DNA of 63,021 nucleotides, counting the filler, from Sphacelaria rigidula (taxonomy: Eukaryota): assembly GCA_964200075.2 (NCBI GenBank). It is 11 parts of 11 records of this genome, joined end to end, with 100 filler letters (N's around TTAATTAATTAA, not from the genome) between each part and the next. Parts side by side here need not be neighbours in the genome. Positions count along the whole stretch, not along the records: positions 11,479 to 17,117 come from CAXNAA020025659.1; positions 17,218 to 22,855 come from CAXNAA020025660.1; positions 22,956 to 28,593 come from CAXNAA020025661.1; 8 more parts are not named here. One strand, 5' to 3'. A model generated the notes under the pieces. It was given only the letters and a program-made list of their open reading frames with translations. It searched no databases and was not told where the DNA came from. The translations under genes and the position numbers were made by a program. Shown here one piece after another: positions 11,837 through 24,491 of this stretch; position 1 is the stretch's first letter; each line of letters opens with the position of its first letter.

Positions 11837-12476
11837 CTTGTGGTTCTTTTCGAAGTCATCCGGAATCACGAACGCCTCCTTGACGGCTCGGTACACCAGC
11901 ACCGTGCTCTCTGACTGAGCTTTTTCGCCCTCTCTCGAATACACAACTTCCTGGAGATGCGTACAGCACACACACACCAAACGAGTGTTCAAAGGCACGC
12001 AGCGGTCAGGTTCGTCAGCAAAGGCGATAGTGTTTTCTTATGTTTCGGCGGCAACCTAAAATCAAATACCTTACCAACTACAGCTTCGAAGTTGATCGCG
12101 CCTTGGTTTCTATACATGGTCATATGCGCCGTACGTCTTAAGCGGGAGCTAAACACGTAGCGTTGAGCCCCTCCACATACATGTCAATCGGCGAGTATAA
12201 CGAATGGCAATTTGGAGGAGGGAAAGTTGAACGCCACCTTCTGTCACTGTCCGTCAACAGGGGGTACAGAACATTTGCGAGGAATATTTTCGTACCTTAT
12301 GGATTGCCTCCTGTACGTAAGAGGCGCTCTCGGAGCAGGGCGTAAGTGCCCTCGCAGCGTTGCTCTTGGATGATGACGAAGAGGCTGTCGATGCAGTCTT
12401 GGAAGATGTCGATGCAGTCTTGGAAGATGTCGATGCAGTCATGGAAGAGGACGCTCCTTCGACGCGGACCGGTGCC
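11837..12476 (-). CDS. Two internal exons of a hypothetical protein (Ser-rich linker, then YVQEAIHKEVVYSREG..FVIPDDFEKNHK)
   Basis: Minus-strand AG/GT exons 12476-12296 and 11950-11837 join in phase 0. The first includes a 21-bp repeat encoding TASTSSK. Function unknown. Confidence 0.6.
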
Positions 12477-12971
12477 CTGCAGTAGAAGAGGACACACAAA
12501 AGTGCAAGGGTCGGACGAGTAATGATTCCTCTGAAAATGAGTTTCTTTTAAGTGTATATGATTTGCACCCTACGAATCGATCCTTGGAGGACTTTGTTTC
12601 CAGCGTCGCACCCGGAACACGCACATCCGCGGCCAACTTTTTCCCTCGCTTTCAAGCAATCGGGGGCCTCAGAAATCGTGGATGTGGCAAATCAAACCAG
12701 CGATGATTAATCAGACCCTTGCACAAGTGGTGGAAAAATTTCCGCACGAGACATGTACGCACCTCGCACGGTAGTAAATAAATTCCGGGTGAGGTTGAGG
12801 ACCGACGCCCGGATGGAGAGGTTAGGGCACTGAACAGGGAAAGAGTTTGCCCCGATAAAAACACACAACGGCTCTACAGAAAAAGAGGGAGCTGGGCCCG
12901 CTGGGCCGTTACCACCCCCATATCCGTGTCAAAGTCGATACAGTGAATTACCATACAGAGTGTGCCGTACA

Positions 12972-13360
12972 ACAGAATCACTGATTGAACCCGTACAGGC
13001 TCAAAATATCCTGGGATTCGAAGCGTTTTTCGTGGCGCCCTCCATCGCCGCCCCTGACCCCCGTTGCCCGCAGCAACCGTGCCACTGTGGCTGTCTCTAG
13101 TGTATATCTCCCAAGGGACGAGAGTCTACTGTCTGCATTTCGCAGCAACCGTGCCACTGTGGCTGTCTCTAGTGTATATCTCCCAGGGAACGAGAGTCTA
13201 CTGTCTGCATTTCGTTGGGGTTAGGGTTAGGGTTAGGGTCAGGTCGGACCTGGTCGGGGTAGGTGGATTTTATGTGATGATCAAAAGCATAAAAAAAACT
13301 CCGGGTCCCGGAAAATGGTGGACCCGTACTGTATGTAGGGGGTCCAACTCGTGATTCTGT
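12972..13360 (+). mobile_element. Putative MITE with an internal ~71-bp tandem duplication and a (TTAGGG)3 tract
   Basis: Imperfect TIRs ACAGAATCACTGATTGAACCC / GGGTCCAACTCGTGATTCTGT. Duplication at ~13070-13212. Telomeric tract at 13217-13238. A similar TTCGTTGGGGTTAGG junction occurs at ~24097-24120. Confidence 0.5.
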
Positions 13361-13649
13361 ACATACAGTTTCAACTTCATAGTGGGTGGGTGAAGACCAC
13401 CATGAGCGATGACCGCGCGATCATCGGATGCTGTATATGGCATTTACGACGGTTTGACAAGCCATTGTGCTGACGAACCCTTCGGCATATGTCGCTGCTG
13501 TTGTTCTGCTGCGCGATGAGAGACGCCCCCGAGAACTCCGACGCGCCCGCCAAAGCATGGCCACAGACTGCTACACTCGCTACACTTGAGAAAAGCAACC
13601 TTGCATTTCAGTCTGATTCAGCGCCCAGGAGCCATAAAAGGTCCGTTAA

Positions 13650-15395
13650 CCCTTTGACCACCAGCGGGGGGGGGGCGTATTTTTCGCTTTTGGGACATTA
13701 GGCACGGTTTTTCGGCCCCCAAACAGGAAATATCGCCATTCCACGTCTTGAACACTGTGCATCGCCTCACCGAGAAAGGTCCAAGTCTAGTTGACTTCTC
13801 CGATTCGTTTGGCTCCCAGTTGTCGAGAACGCCCTCTGAGACCAACTTGTACGGTAGCCAGTCCCGAATCTGGCGGGACCCCAAGCTGTGCCAAATCGGG
13901 AGGACTCAGATTCGCGAAACTCAGATTCGTGTGTACGCCTGTCTATATGTGTCATGGCTTCATAGGTTTGTTAAAAATTGTTCTTTACACATAGGATCAT
14001 CTTCTGCAGGGATGTGGAGTCACAATGAAGCCAAAGAACAGGCGGGCAGTTCATCATCTTTCGAGAGCAGCGTCGTACCGTGATGCCGAGTGATGCTACG
14101 GTAGGGGTGCACATATCTTCTCTGGGCTTAGAATTGTTGGGAGCTCTTTATCTCATTCAAAACACGACTTATGAAAATGTGTGAAAGTACGCCAGGATTA
14201 CCATTCCAATGTGCTGGGGATATCACGAATGAATTTGCGAACGGGGACGCCCTGACCAATATTATTGTGCACCTAAAATCGTCAGGAGCCCCTGAACCAG
14301 ACTAGATTTTGCGCAAAAAGGGTACCCTCACCGTAGCATTACTTTACATTAGGGTGTAGTGCAGTGCAGTACACTCCACTATCACAGTACACGGTAATGC
14401 CGTGTGGTCACACATAATGATACAGTCGGTATTGCGAGGACAGTGCACAGTAGTGTGTGTGTGTGTGTTGTGTGTTGTGTGTTGTGTGTTGCCGTCCCAT
14501 CTATTCTGGATGCCGGTCTAAACCTTTCGGTATACAGTATGTGGTTGCAACGAGAGTTCACGAGTGCAGCGCCATTCATCGCCCTTCAAGTACTTCGACA
14601 GCAGAGAGTAGGATAGTACAGTACCGTTTACTATGGTGACGCATGCAGTGGCGCAGTGCAGCATGAGATATTACCATCGCAGTAAGGTATGTCATCAACA
14701 CTTTTTATCCGCTTGTCAAAACTCCGTGAAAAGTTGCTTCAGCAGCTGGCGCCCGCAGGCACGCCCTGTGCCGTCACGAGGCTGCCTGCTGCTGTGGTTG
14801 CAAAATGATCGAACGCCTGTTGCCCAATCATCGTACGTCAATGCACGTCCGTCACTTCTTACGAGTACAGATTCTGGGAACCTCGATTTTCCCCGATCTA
14901 CGCTCAGATTCGGGGAGAACCGTTCTCAAATCACGACATGCGAATCTGACCTTCCCCCATTTGAGCCAAATTGGGGTCCATACAAGGCGTTTCCGGATCT
15001 GAAGTCCCCCGATCTGCGTACAGATCCGTTTTTGTGACTGCCATCCAAGATGGTCTGAGGTCATATCTTGGCACAACATTTTTCGATCGAAAAAGTGCGG
15101 TGGAAAACAAAAATCCCGACCTGATGGATCGTGATTTCAATCATCTCCGAAGTAAACTATGATCGTTGAAATCGCGACCGGTCAGATCGGAGTTCTCCTT
15201 CTCCACCGCACGTTTTCGATCGAAAACAATGTGCAACTGTAAGATACGCCTTGATAAAAAAAATGCCTGGACGAAATGATGTGGTGTCTGGAGGCTTTGT
15301 GCCCAAGACGTGTGATGGAGATATTCCCTGTTTGAGCATCCAAAACCGTGTCAAATGTTCCAGAACCGACAGCTACGCCCCGCCTCCCCCCTCCC
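13650..15395. mobile_element. Non-autonomous DNA-transposon relic with long imperfect inverted ends (left end piggyBac-like), containing nested MITE/SINE pieces
   Basis: TTAA|CCCTTTGACC start. 13670-13760 is an imperfect inverted repeat of ~15295-15390. Internal palindrome at ~15071-15234. No TTAA found at the right end. Confidence 0.45.
14452..14600 (-). mobile_element. 3' fragment of tRNA-derived SINE family 1
   Basis: GTGTTG..GTCCCATCTATTCTGGA..GGTCTA..CCTTTCGGTATA matches the 3' ends of the 33310-33678 and 54316-54682 copies. Confidence 0.65.
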
Positions 15396-18300
15396 CAAAA
15401 ATCCAACCGTAAGATTGGTCTTACATTCATTTTTCAAGTAACAATAATGCCGATTCAAAACATGACCCAACCTGGCGGTGAAATGATCGAACGTTCCAGC
15501 ACCGGCGGCTCCTGACAACCCCCGTGAAGGATGGCAATCTTGCAAAAGAGGGAGAACATAGCAGGACGCGTATCTTCTTGTTTGACCGGAAGGATCGCAG
15601 CAGCCTAACATGGCTGAGCAGCCAAGTTGACGTTTTTGCTGTACTAAAAACACTTTGGTTTGCCTTCGCAAGACGCTCATAGCAAACAGGAAGACTGCGC
15701 CCTGTACGCGCCTTCGTATCTCGCTATAGGGTTGCCGTTGGTGCTTACAACAGCGGAGATCATGCGCGATTGTAGACCAGCTACTGGTGGTGTACAAATG
15801 CTAATGCTACCTAGAGATTTGATTCTCGCACTTCAACTGAATTCCCAGGGATCTAGCCGTGGTATCATCATGGACGTACCCGAGATAAATGGAAACACTA
15901 GCTGAAGAAAAGCGAAGGAAGGAAACAAAGGGTAGAACAGATAAAGAGCAGACAAATAACGGAAAAGAAGAAAAAAAAGAGGGCCCAGGGTAGTGCTGTA
16001 TGTGTGGAGCAACACATTCGTGGGTTCAGACCCCCTTCTGTTTACATGACGGGGTTGGCTCTTCCGCCAAAAACAACGATTTCGAACGCAGAGAAAGAAA
16101 AGAGCGGTGTGTGCTAGCGTCATGGGTGCCAAAAAAAAGGGTGAAACTCGTTCAGGGCTCAACACTTTCTGTTGTGAGAATCCGGCATGACGGCCCCACG
16201 GATATTTGGAGCATGATGGCTAGACGCCCTAGTGGCCCTTCTGTGGCCTTTAGGCAATACATCAGGCAGAACTATAGTAAGTTCGGTAGTCCATGTCCAG
16301 TATCGAGTGAGTGGGTCGAATCTCCTGGGGCATCTGCATCACACAAGGTACCTGATGTCTCTGAGGACACTCGCGAGCGTCACGTCGTACACACAGCGCA
16401 GCTCTCTCCGAAGCGTACTCCGAATTTTCCGGACTTTACCAAAAAAGAAAAAGCTTGAGAGAAAAATCACCCCGCTGTATTTCGGATAAATTTTGACGCA
16501 GAGTCCGGAAAGTCCGACAATGTCGGAGCTCCGAAGAAACAGTATCCCTAATAATGGGCCTAACCACCTACTATGGTTGTACGTTACTGCATTGTATTCT
16601 GTTATCAACCACGACATGAACACCTGGGTGGTAAAGGCCCGGCGGGCCCAGATCCCCCCGTTTCTATGTAGGCGATGTCTCCTTCATCAGAGCAACTTGG
16701 GTGTGCGCGACAAAGGGCTAAAAAAAACGAAAGCATGTCATGTCAAAAGAGACCGGTGATATTGTCTCCCGCTGAATCGTATCTTGTAGTATTGTAGTTG
16801 TTGGCCAGTGTTTGTGTGAATTTGCTCCCCGTGTCAATGTCACGACGGAAAACATTATAGTCGAAAACATTGATACACACGTAGGGTAGGCAGTGGGTAG
16901 TTCCACGAAATACAGTCCAGCAACATGATGCTTCACGACCTTTTTCTGTTGATTGATTGATTATCTGACATTAGCGGATTACAACAATCCAGCCCGTGGT
17001 CAGGAGCAGCGAAAAAGAACAGAATGAGAGAAACAAAACAAACCAAGGATCGGACAAATAACGATTCGTCTGAAAATTACTTGGTTTTAGTATGATGAGT
17101 CGACTCGTGACGAATCANNNNNNNNNNNNNNNNNNNNNNNNNNNNNNNNNNNNNNNNNNNNTTAATTAATTAANNNNNNNNNNNNNNNNNNNNNNNNNNN
17201 NNNNNNNNNNNNNNNNNCAAGTGAATATTGATGCCGGTTCAGCAGGTGAGCTCCTCTCGCGGTCTGACGGTCAAGTCCTCCTGCGGAGTTTGGGGAGGGA
17301 AGATACTTTCGCTCTGTGTTACTCTTTCGTATCTTCCCTGCAATAGAGAAATGCGACTTCAGCCCCATTTTAGTGTTGGACCCCAGAATTTAAAATCGGC
17401 TGTTTAGTGTTGAATGTGTCGGTATCGTCCTCGCGTGGTGCCAAGTAAATGGATACGCTTGGAAGCATCATCCTCACACGGGACAGAAGGACGTCCTGTT
17501 TACGCCAGTTTCTGATTTGAAGTTGTTGAAATTCACCCAGCTGTACTGAAGCGCCCGATTTATCGACTGTAACCTGCCCCATTACCTCTTGCGATCACTC
17601 GTACCCTTCGCCGCTGCCCCCGATCAATCATTTCCGCAGGATCATGCAGAAGACGTGCAAGACGCATCTCTTTTAAGTGTCGACGCTCGGCGTGACATCA
17701 AATTGCGCAGAGTCAGCGATTTATGTAGGCCATGTACTGTCCCTCAAGGAGGAGAGCACGGTTGGGGTAGAGGCGGAGCAGGAGCGGTGATCTTGGAGTC
17801 TACCGAGACCCAGCGTCTGGTGTTCGTTGTACCGTTGATTGCTGTTCAGCACAGCATGATGCTTTTTTTTGGTTAGCCAGTTCCGAGTGCTTCTGGTGTT
17901 TTGCGGCTGATTTGCTGATGCGGTACTATTTGGTTTCCCGTGTTGATGGGTTATGAGCTATTCTTGATGGGTCCGTCGGCACATCTTTCCAGTGCATTTT
18001 CGGAAATCCGATGCGGTTGGCGAGAGTCCCTGGCAAAATCGATTTGCTGCAGCTCATAGACGGGAGGCGCTCCATTGGCTTCATGCAGAAGAATTTGTTA
18101 TGATCGGCTGCCATCGATGGTGAGATCGTGGAACAGAATCCAGGGTCCCACGTTTTGCGACTTTTTTCGGCACGAAAAGGCGGGATATCAGCAATCATAT
18201 CACACGCGATGACTTGCGCTTTCAAAAACAACGACGGAAACTGCGGCGAAATTTTTGAACATAAAAGTGATTTTAATATATCCACGAGTCCCAAGTCCAC

Positions 18301-18945
18301 ACGACGAATGGTGGCATCAACTGCATTTGCGAATGAATTCGGGCACAACCTGGCTGAATCGTATCTTTTACTCGAACCGCACGACTGACACTACTTTGGA
18401 GACATCTTGAACGGTGCATTTTCCACGAATGCGACCTGTGGGCCTGCGCGCAACATGTATAAACATTGTTCTGCCATTCCATTCAGGCAACGGGTGGCAG
18501 GAATGTTCCAACATGCTACACATGTAAACTTTTCGTCTCATTATCGGAACCGGCGAAGCGAGACATGTTATGAATAAAACCTCACTCTCAATCGTACTTT
18601 CAACGCTCGATTTCACGGAAACGTTGTTAGATTTGCCGGCAGGATTTTGCACCAATGTGCGAGGTAAGCGTTTTGTCCATTGATGATGCGGACACACCCG
18701 GCCGCTGAAAGCCATGAAAAGCCTGCTCTCATTCGTATCGTAGATTCTCAATCTCACGAAAACATTGTTTTGTACGAACAGCAGTAGTAGCAGGGGAATT
18801 TACCTGATGGGTGATTACGAGCGTTTTGCGATGGAGGGAAAAAAAGGAATTCGTGCGTGAGCGGATCACGTCAGTCTCCAGGCTGTGTATGACGCTCTGG
18901 CTGCGTTTCGTACTGGGTACGGTGGGGGGGGGCAAGACGTCTATA

Positions 18946-19055
18946 CACGGGTGGCCACTGGCGTGCCTGTAACCTCAAATTTGGACGCTACAGACCTTCT
19001 GCAACGTCTGGAACGTCCAAATTTGAGGTTGCAGGTACCCCAGTGGCCACCCGTG
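18946..19055. mobile_element. 110-bp foldback Tc1/mariner-type MITE
   Basis: TA|CACGGGTGGCCACTGG...CCAGTGGCCACCCGTG|TA. Arms of ~50 bp with few mismatches and a 10-nt loop. Confidence 0.85.
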
Positions 19056-20624
19056 TATTGTTGTTTCTGTAGCGGCATGTGACGCCTGCTTCCAGTATAG
19101 AATCGAAAATGGGGCGTGCCCCTCCCCGCGCTGGCATGGAAATACCCTGCTCTCATACGAAGCGAGCACAGCCCTTGAACGATCACCCACCCAACGGCAA
19201 TAAAATAGTACGAAGGCAACCGCAGGAATTGCCAGGGAAAACATAGATGGGCAGACGCAAGTAGATGGGACTATTGTTTCAAAACCACGCAAAGCACAAC
19301 ACGACGACGTGGCGAATATCGCATAAAATGTCGGGAAACACGTGAAGAATCGAAGCAAAAGCCGAATTCACGGAAAAGCACGATAATCTGAAGTTGTGAT
19401 CGTGTCGATGTCGAGTGACCAATCCATGTTGCGGAGAATGCGCGGGGGGAGAGCGATGCCTCCATACACTTGGGAATACTAGAACTTGCAGACTGCGCCG
19501 CTGGGAGTTCTGTCTCGAGATGCAAAGAGGGTGATGTCGACTGGGTCGGGTTGAGGAAGGGGACGACAATGCAGTGGACAATCGCGGGCGTGTGTCTTGA
19601 AATGTTTCCGAGCCACCAGAGGCCATCTTGGGCCTTGTACCGGAAATAGGCGCCGGCAAATGGAGAGGTGTGGACAACACGCTATCTCCAATTATTGCAA
19701 GAGACTACACGATCCTCCGATAACAACATGTTGCCCTTCATTGCGTGCGAGCTCGTTCTGAGTGTTCGAACGCGCGCAGAGATGCCCTCGGAAATGAATC
19801 ACCGCGATTGTTTCGATTGCCGGGCACGTAACGTCCGCCAATACGCAACCGGATTCAATCATGCAACGGAGATGAAATTTAGCTTGACTCATGTCCCTTT
19901 CATTATCAGGAGTGAGAGATATATGCACGACCTTTGTCCCCCATTGTATCCCTCATACACCTACGGTATACACCTACGGTATACGTATAACTTCAGAGGC
20001 CCCGTAAGTCAGTATCCACCCCTGACTGCCTCGGTAACCCCCGTACAACTTGGGACGCGAGATGATGTACGGCGCTCTCTTTGCTGATTGCCAGGGAAAA
20101 CGGTAGAATAATCCCAAACCCACGAAACTCGATCATCGTAATAATTCAAATAGATCCCTGCAAAAAAAACATCACGAAACTCTCGAATTTAGTGAACATT
20201 CAGATATCAGATTACCGTTTCTCCCCGGACCACGTTGAACAAGGCAATAGTGACTCCTCTGAAACAATGTCGTCACTGAAATTCAAGACGTTTGTTCGTC
20301 AACAGCAGCCTGGGATTTTACTGACGAAGTAGTCACATTCGCTACTCAACAAAATCTCATGCCATCACAACTGAGTAGACCTCTTCGGGAATCACCAAAC
20401 GAAAAGAAGGATCATCTCATCAGAATAAGGACGGATAACTCCGGGAAAATGCGCCGACGAATCAGAACAAGATTTTCAGACAAGAACATATTTTGACTTG
20501 TTGACCAATGGAATAGGCTCCGGAAGCACCGAGTCCTCTGTAAATATGAACTCATGTCAATATGTCAATCCTGCCTACAATCCATTTAGTTTTACGAGAA
20601 ACAAGGCTACATTATTGTTTCCTT

Positions 20625-20911
20625 CCTCACTTTGAACCCCTCCCCTTCGGGATGAGTCCGTGGTCTCAAGGGACCAACCCATATCTCCCCTGGTACGCGA
20701 CTTTCATTTTGGTCTCGCGGATTGGGTCAGCACTCCTGCACCGCGTCAACTCACGTCACACAAGCCCAATCGGCTACTTTGTTTACTCACGTTTCCACGC
20801 TTTCCACGGTGGAAATCATACATCACGAAGGAAAACCTCAACGCATCGGGAATCGAACCCCCGTTCTCTCCACCCTAATAACGACAGTCGGAACCTTACA
20901 CCACCGGGGCG
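20625..20911 (-). mobile_element. tRNA-derived SINE family 2
   Basis: Minus strand begins GCGCCCCGGTGGTGTAAGG (A-box-like) ..GGTTCGATTCC (B box). A body-only copy lies at ~52575-52750. Confidence 0.7.
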
Positions 20912-22038
20912 CGGCGGCAACATCAGGGCGGAAAAATTAGTAGAAAAACCGTGACGTGTCAGCGACGGCTATTGAAACCTCAACTACTTCTACTCCGAAA
21001 CGTATCCAAACAATATGTGCACAATCCTTCTGCCGTAACGTTCTTTCAACTTGCTCAACATCTTCGAACTGCCTTATACTATTGTACATGTTATTCTTCG
21101 CGACGTTTGAAGAGAGACGCCATGGGGAACCAACAGTCGCGACACCGGCCACCCCATTCCTATTTCCCACGTCCAGGCGACCCCTTTCTAGCCAACTGGC
21201 CAGAGCTGTAACGTGAAAATGCTGTGGCAGACGACTGAGACCTCGAAAGATGACTGCTATTGACATCCGCTTCAAGGACTCTGTGTATCCAACCCATTGT
21301 AGCAAAGGGTAGTCAAAACGTGTACACACAGTACCACCCGCAACGAGGTGAGCATCCCCCCGCCTGTAACTACTCAATTCCTCCAACCTGCAGAAGACCA
21401 CCGGGGGTGTGCGCGGGAAAAGCACAGGGGTGATAGCTGTCTGGCTCGCAACACTGATACACCCTCCGAGCGTTGCTCCTTCTCTGCTCACGTCCCACCT
21501 ACCCGCTCGCACGAAACGGATTACGTTCGCAGAACTACAGAATTGTGGCTTGGTATTCATTCAATTACGTATGTTTGGTGACACCAACTTCCTTTTTGAA
21601 ATGATATATACGGCGAATGACGTTCTCGCACATGAACACCAGTTTACGCCGTACCCCCCCCTACACTAACGCTGACAGCTGAAGCATATCAGATATAAAA
21701 ATCCAATTCATCCAAAATACCATGTTTTACTCGTAAAAATCCCATTGTCAACTCTCAGCAGCAACAAACATAGTGTGTACACAATGTAGGCATAAATTCC
21801 AATCACCTGTCCTCTTCATCATCAAAAGCAACCGTAGCAACTCAGATGTTTTGGATATCCTAAATAAAATCCCCCCAGTGCACCGCGGTTATATGAATAT
21901 CCCTTTTTAGCAGCCCCCCAAACTCTCGGAGGGGCACCCCACAACTCCAAACCAGCGCACGTGTAGTCTCCCCTCGATTTCCTCTGGAATACCAAACATG
22001 AACAGAGAAACCCAAAACATACAAACCTAAGAGTGCAA

Positions 22039-22237
22039 TTTAATGCGTGAGAGGACCGTATGCTCAGAGGGCCGCGTCGTGGTCCGAAACACCTCATATC
22101 TGACGTTTTTCAAAACCAATCGGACCCGTTCCTGCAGGGACCACGTCCCTGATCCTAACCCCAATATTAACCCTAACCACAGGGATGTTGATATTCCGAT
22201 GCGGTCCTCTAAACATGCGGTCCTCTCACGCAGTAGA
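22039..22237 (-). mobile_element. Telomeric-repeat MITE copy
   Basis: Same family as 108-318, on an independent contig. Confidence 0.8.
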
Positions 22238-24319
22238 ACACGAAAATGGCTAGACCCGTGGTTATACTGGCATATCATGACCTTACATCCTGCCTCCCCA
22301 TGATTCCGACAATAGTACTGCAGCGATCCAACACAGTATAAAGCGAGGAAATCGTATCATCAATATTCATCACAAAATTACAGTGTGCGGGAACAAATTG
22401 CTTGAGTAGCGGTTTTAACGAAGTCTACGCGCATCAGTATCGATCACCGCGTATTTCGAAAACAAAATGCTCAGTGAGAGACTGCAATGGCGACCTGTGC
22501 GTGAGAAACCGAACACCTGACTCAGCCTGAGGTTTTTCATTTGATCCAAAGATAAATCGTGACCCACTGTGTTGAAGCTACCGACGCTGAGGCTGAATAT
22601 ATATATATATATATATATATTTTGAAATGTCAGCCCGATTTTTCACCACGCCGTGTCCCATGAACGGGCCGCTAGTGTACCGTGAAACAAGGTGGACCAA
22701 TGCCTCGGACTGTCAAAACTGTTCAACACCCCAAATCCCGTTGGCCCCACGGTCCCGGAAAAAGTGGCGGACTCAGTCGATGTGCCAACGCCCCCTCTAA
22801 GGCTGACGAGTAATCAAACTTCCCGAACATCTAACTTGAAATCGGTTCTGTTGATNNNNNNNNNNNNNNNNNNNNNNNNNNNNNNNNNNNNNNNNNNNNT
22901 TAATTAATTAANNNNNNNNNNNNNNNNNNNNNNNNNNNNNNNNNNNNNNNNNNNNGCGTTTGTGTACTGGTGGCTGTGGCCTGGCCGTTTTGGGGCGGGG
23001 GGGGGGGGGGGGGGGGGGGGTGGACAGCACGTCGTCCCCCCTTTTCGCATGCCTCCGCCCACCACCCATCACCCCAATGCCCACCACCCCGCTACCCACC
23101 ACATTCCACCCATCACACAAGAAGAAAAAGCAGCAAGTTAGGCACCGAAGCGGTCAATCACTTGAATCGGGTGTAAAATGGGAGATTCGAACCCGAGGGC
23201 TCAAGAAAAAAGCGCTCATGAGCAGTCGCCGCAGTGGAGCCAACTTGTTTCTGTGTCCGGCGTTTCTACAGTGCTTGCACCTTGCAGTTGGTAGGTCAGC
23301 GGTATCCCGTGTGCAGACATCAGAGAGGGGGGCGAAAGAGTACCGCGGATGCCTTGTGAATATTCCAAGTCGGCGGGAGTGCTTTGCGTGTGAGGGTAGA
23401 CGGTAATTTCCTTTTCTCATCATATCCATTTGTTTTTCTACAAGCTTTTGAATTGTAATTGCTTTGACGTTTAGGTGTCTGGAGTTTTGACTTCGTTGTG
23501 TAGCCAACAATGACAAATTTCGGACGAATACTGCCGACTTTTTCCCTTGTTTGATATGGAGAACAAAAAAGGCGAGCGCGCATTCGCGTCATCATTATCG
23601 CGCAGTTTCGAGGTTCGGCGCGTTTGTTATTGAATAATGAGGAGTGCGTTCGCAGTGCGCAGTGCGCAGAGTCGAGGTAGATGCTCAAATTCAATCGAAA
23701 CATGACGGAATAGTGGCCGCGAAATATTCTTGATGTATCACCGGCTTGAACAACACACTGTATATCACGCATCACACCTGGCGTTGTGATCAACCACCTC
23801 TTTTGCAACTTGCCTCTTGCACGATGAAGAACCGTTTTTGTCAAATCGGAGCATCTCACCGCCAGTATAGTTCACCACTTGGAAGGGTGCTATGGTTGAT
23901 TTTTACTTCGACTTGATTTTTGTCTGGACATCGAAATTCGGATCTTTATCGCGGCTGTGCTCCAAGTGTGCTTCTAGCGTGCGCAGAACGCGTTTTTGTA
24001 GATATCGACTCCTTGGGCGCCGATTTGAGGTCTGGCAACGCACACTTTGCCCAGACAACACTTCGCCACCCTTTGCGCGAGGGTTCTCGGTGTGCCTTCG
24101 TTGGGGTTAGGATTAGGGTTCCTCACCCTCCCAAGAGGTAAACTAACCTTGAAGCCACGCGTTGTGCCGCCACTTCTATCATGCCAGATAACAAATCACG
24201 CACTGGTGCTGCTGTACCTTCATACAATGAGGCGTGCACCCACTCCGGGTTAGATTGCTAGTGTGTCAGTGTACTGTAGTACCGTGAGGTCTTGCAAGCT
24301 GCGTCCCTACCAAAACAGC

Positions 24320-24491
24320 CGTATCGTATCGTATCGTATCGAGTATCAGTATCGATACGTATCGATACGTATCGATACGTATCGATACGTATGGGGTCAT
24401 TTTCCGCGTATCGGAAACAAAATATCGGTATCCACGTCGATACTTTGAAAATATCGCATCGAACTTTTTTTCCGTTCGATATTCACCACTG
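24320..24491. repeat. (GTATC)/(GTATCGATAC)n subterminal-type repeats, probably a truncated hAT MITE end
   Basis: Tandem palindromic GTATCGATAC units, ending CACCACTG (reverse complement CAGTGGTG, hAT-like). Confidence 0.5.

Noticed and set aside
13217..13238. True telomere or chromosome end
   Set aside because: Only about three units, internal to the contig and embedded in a repeat element.
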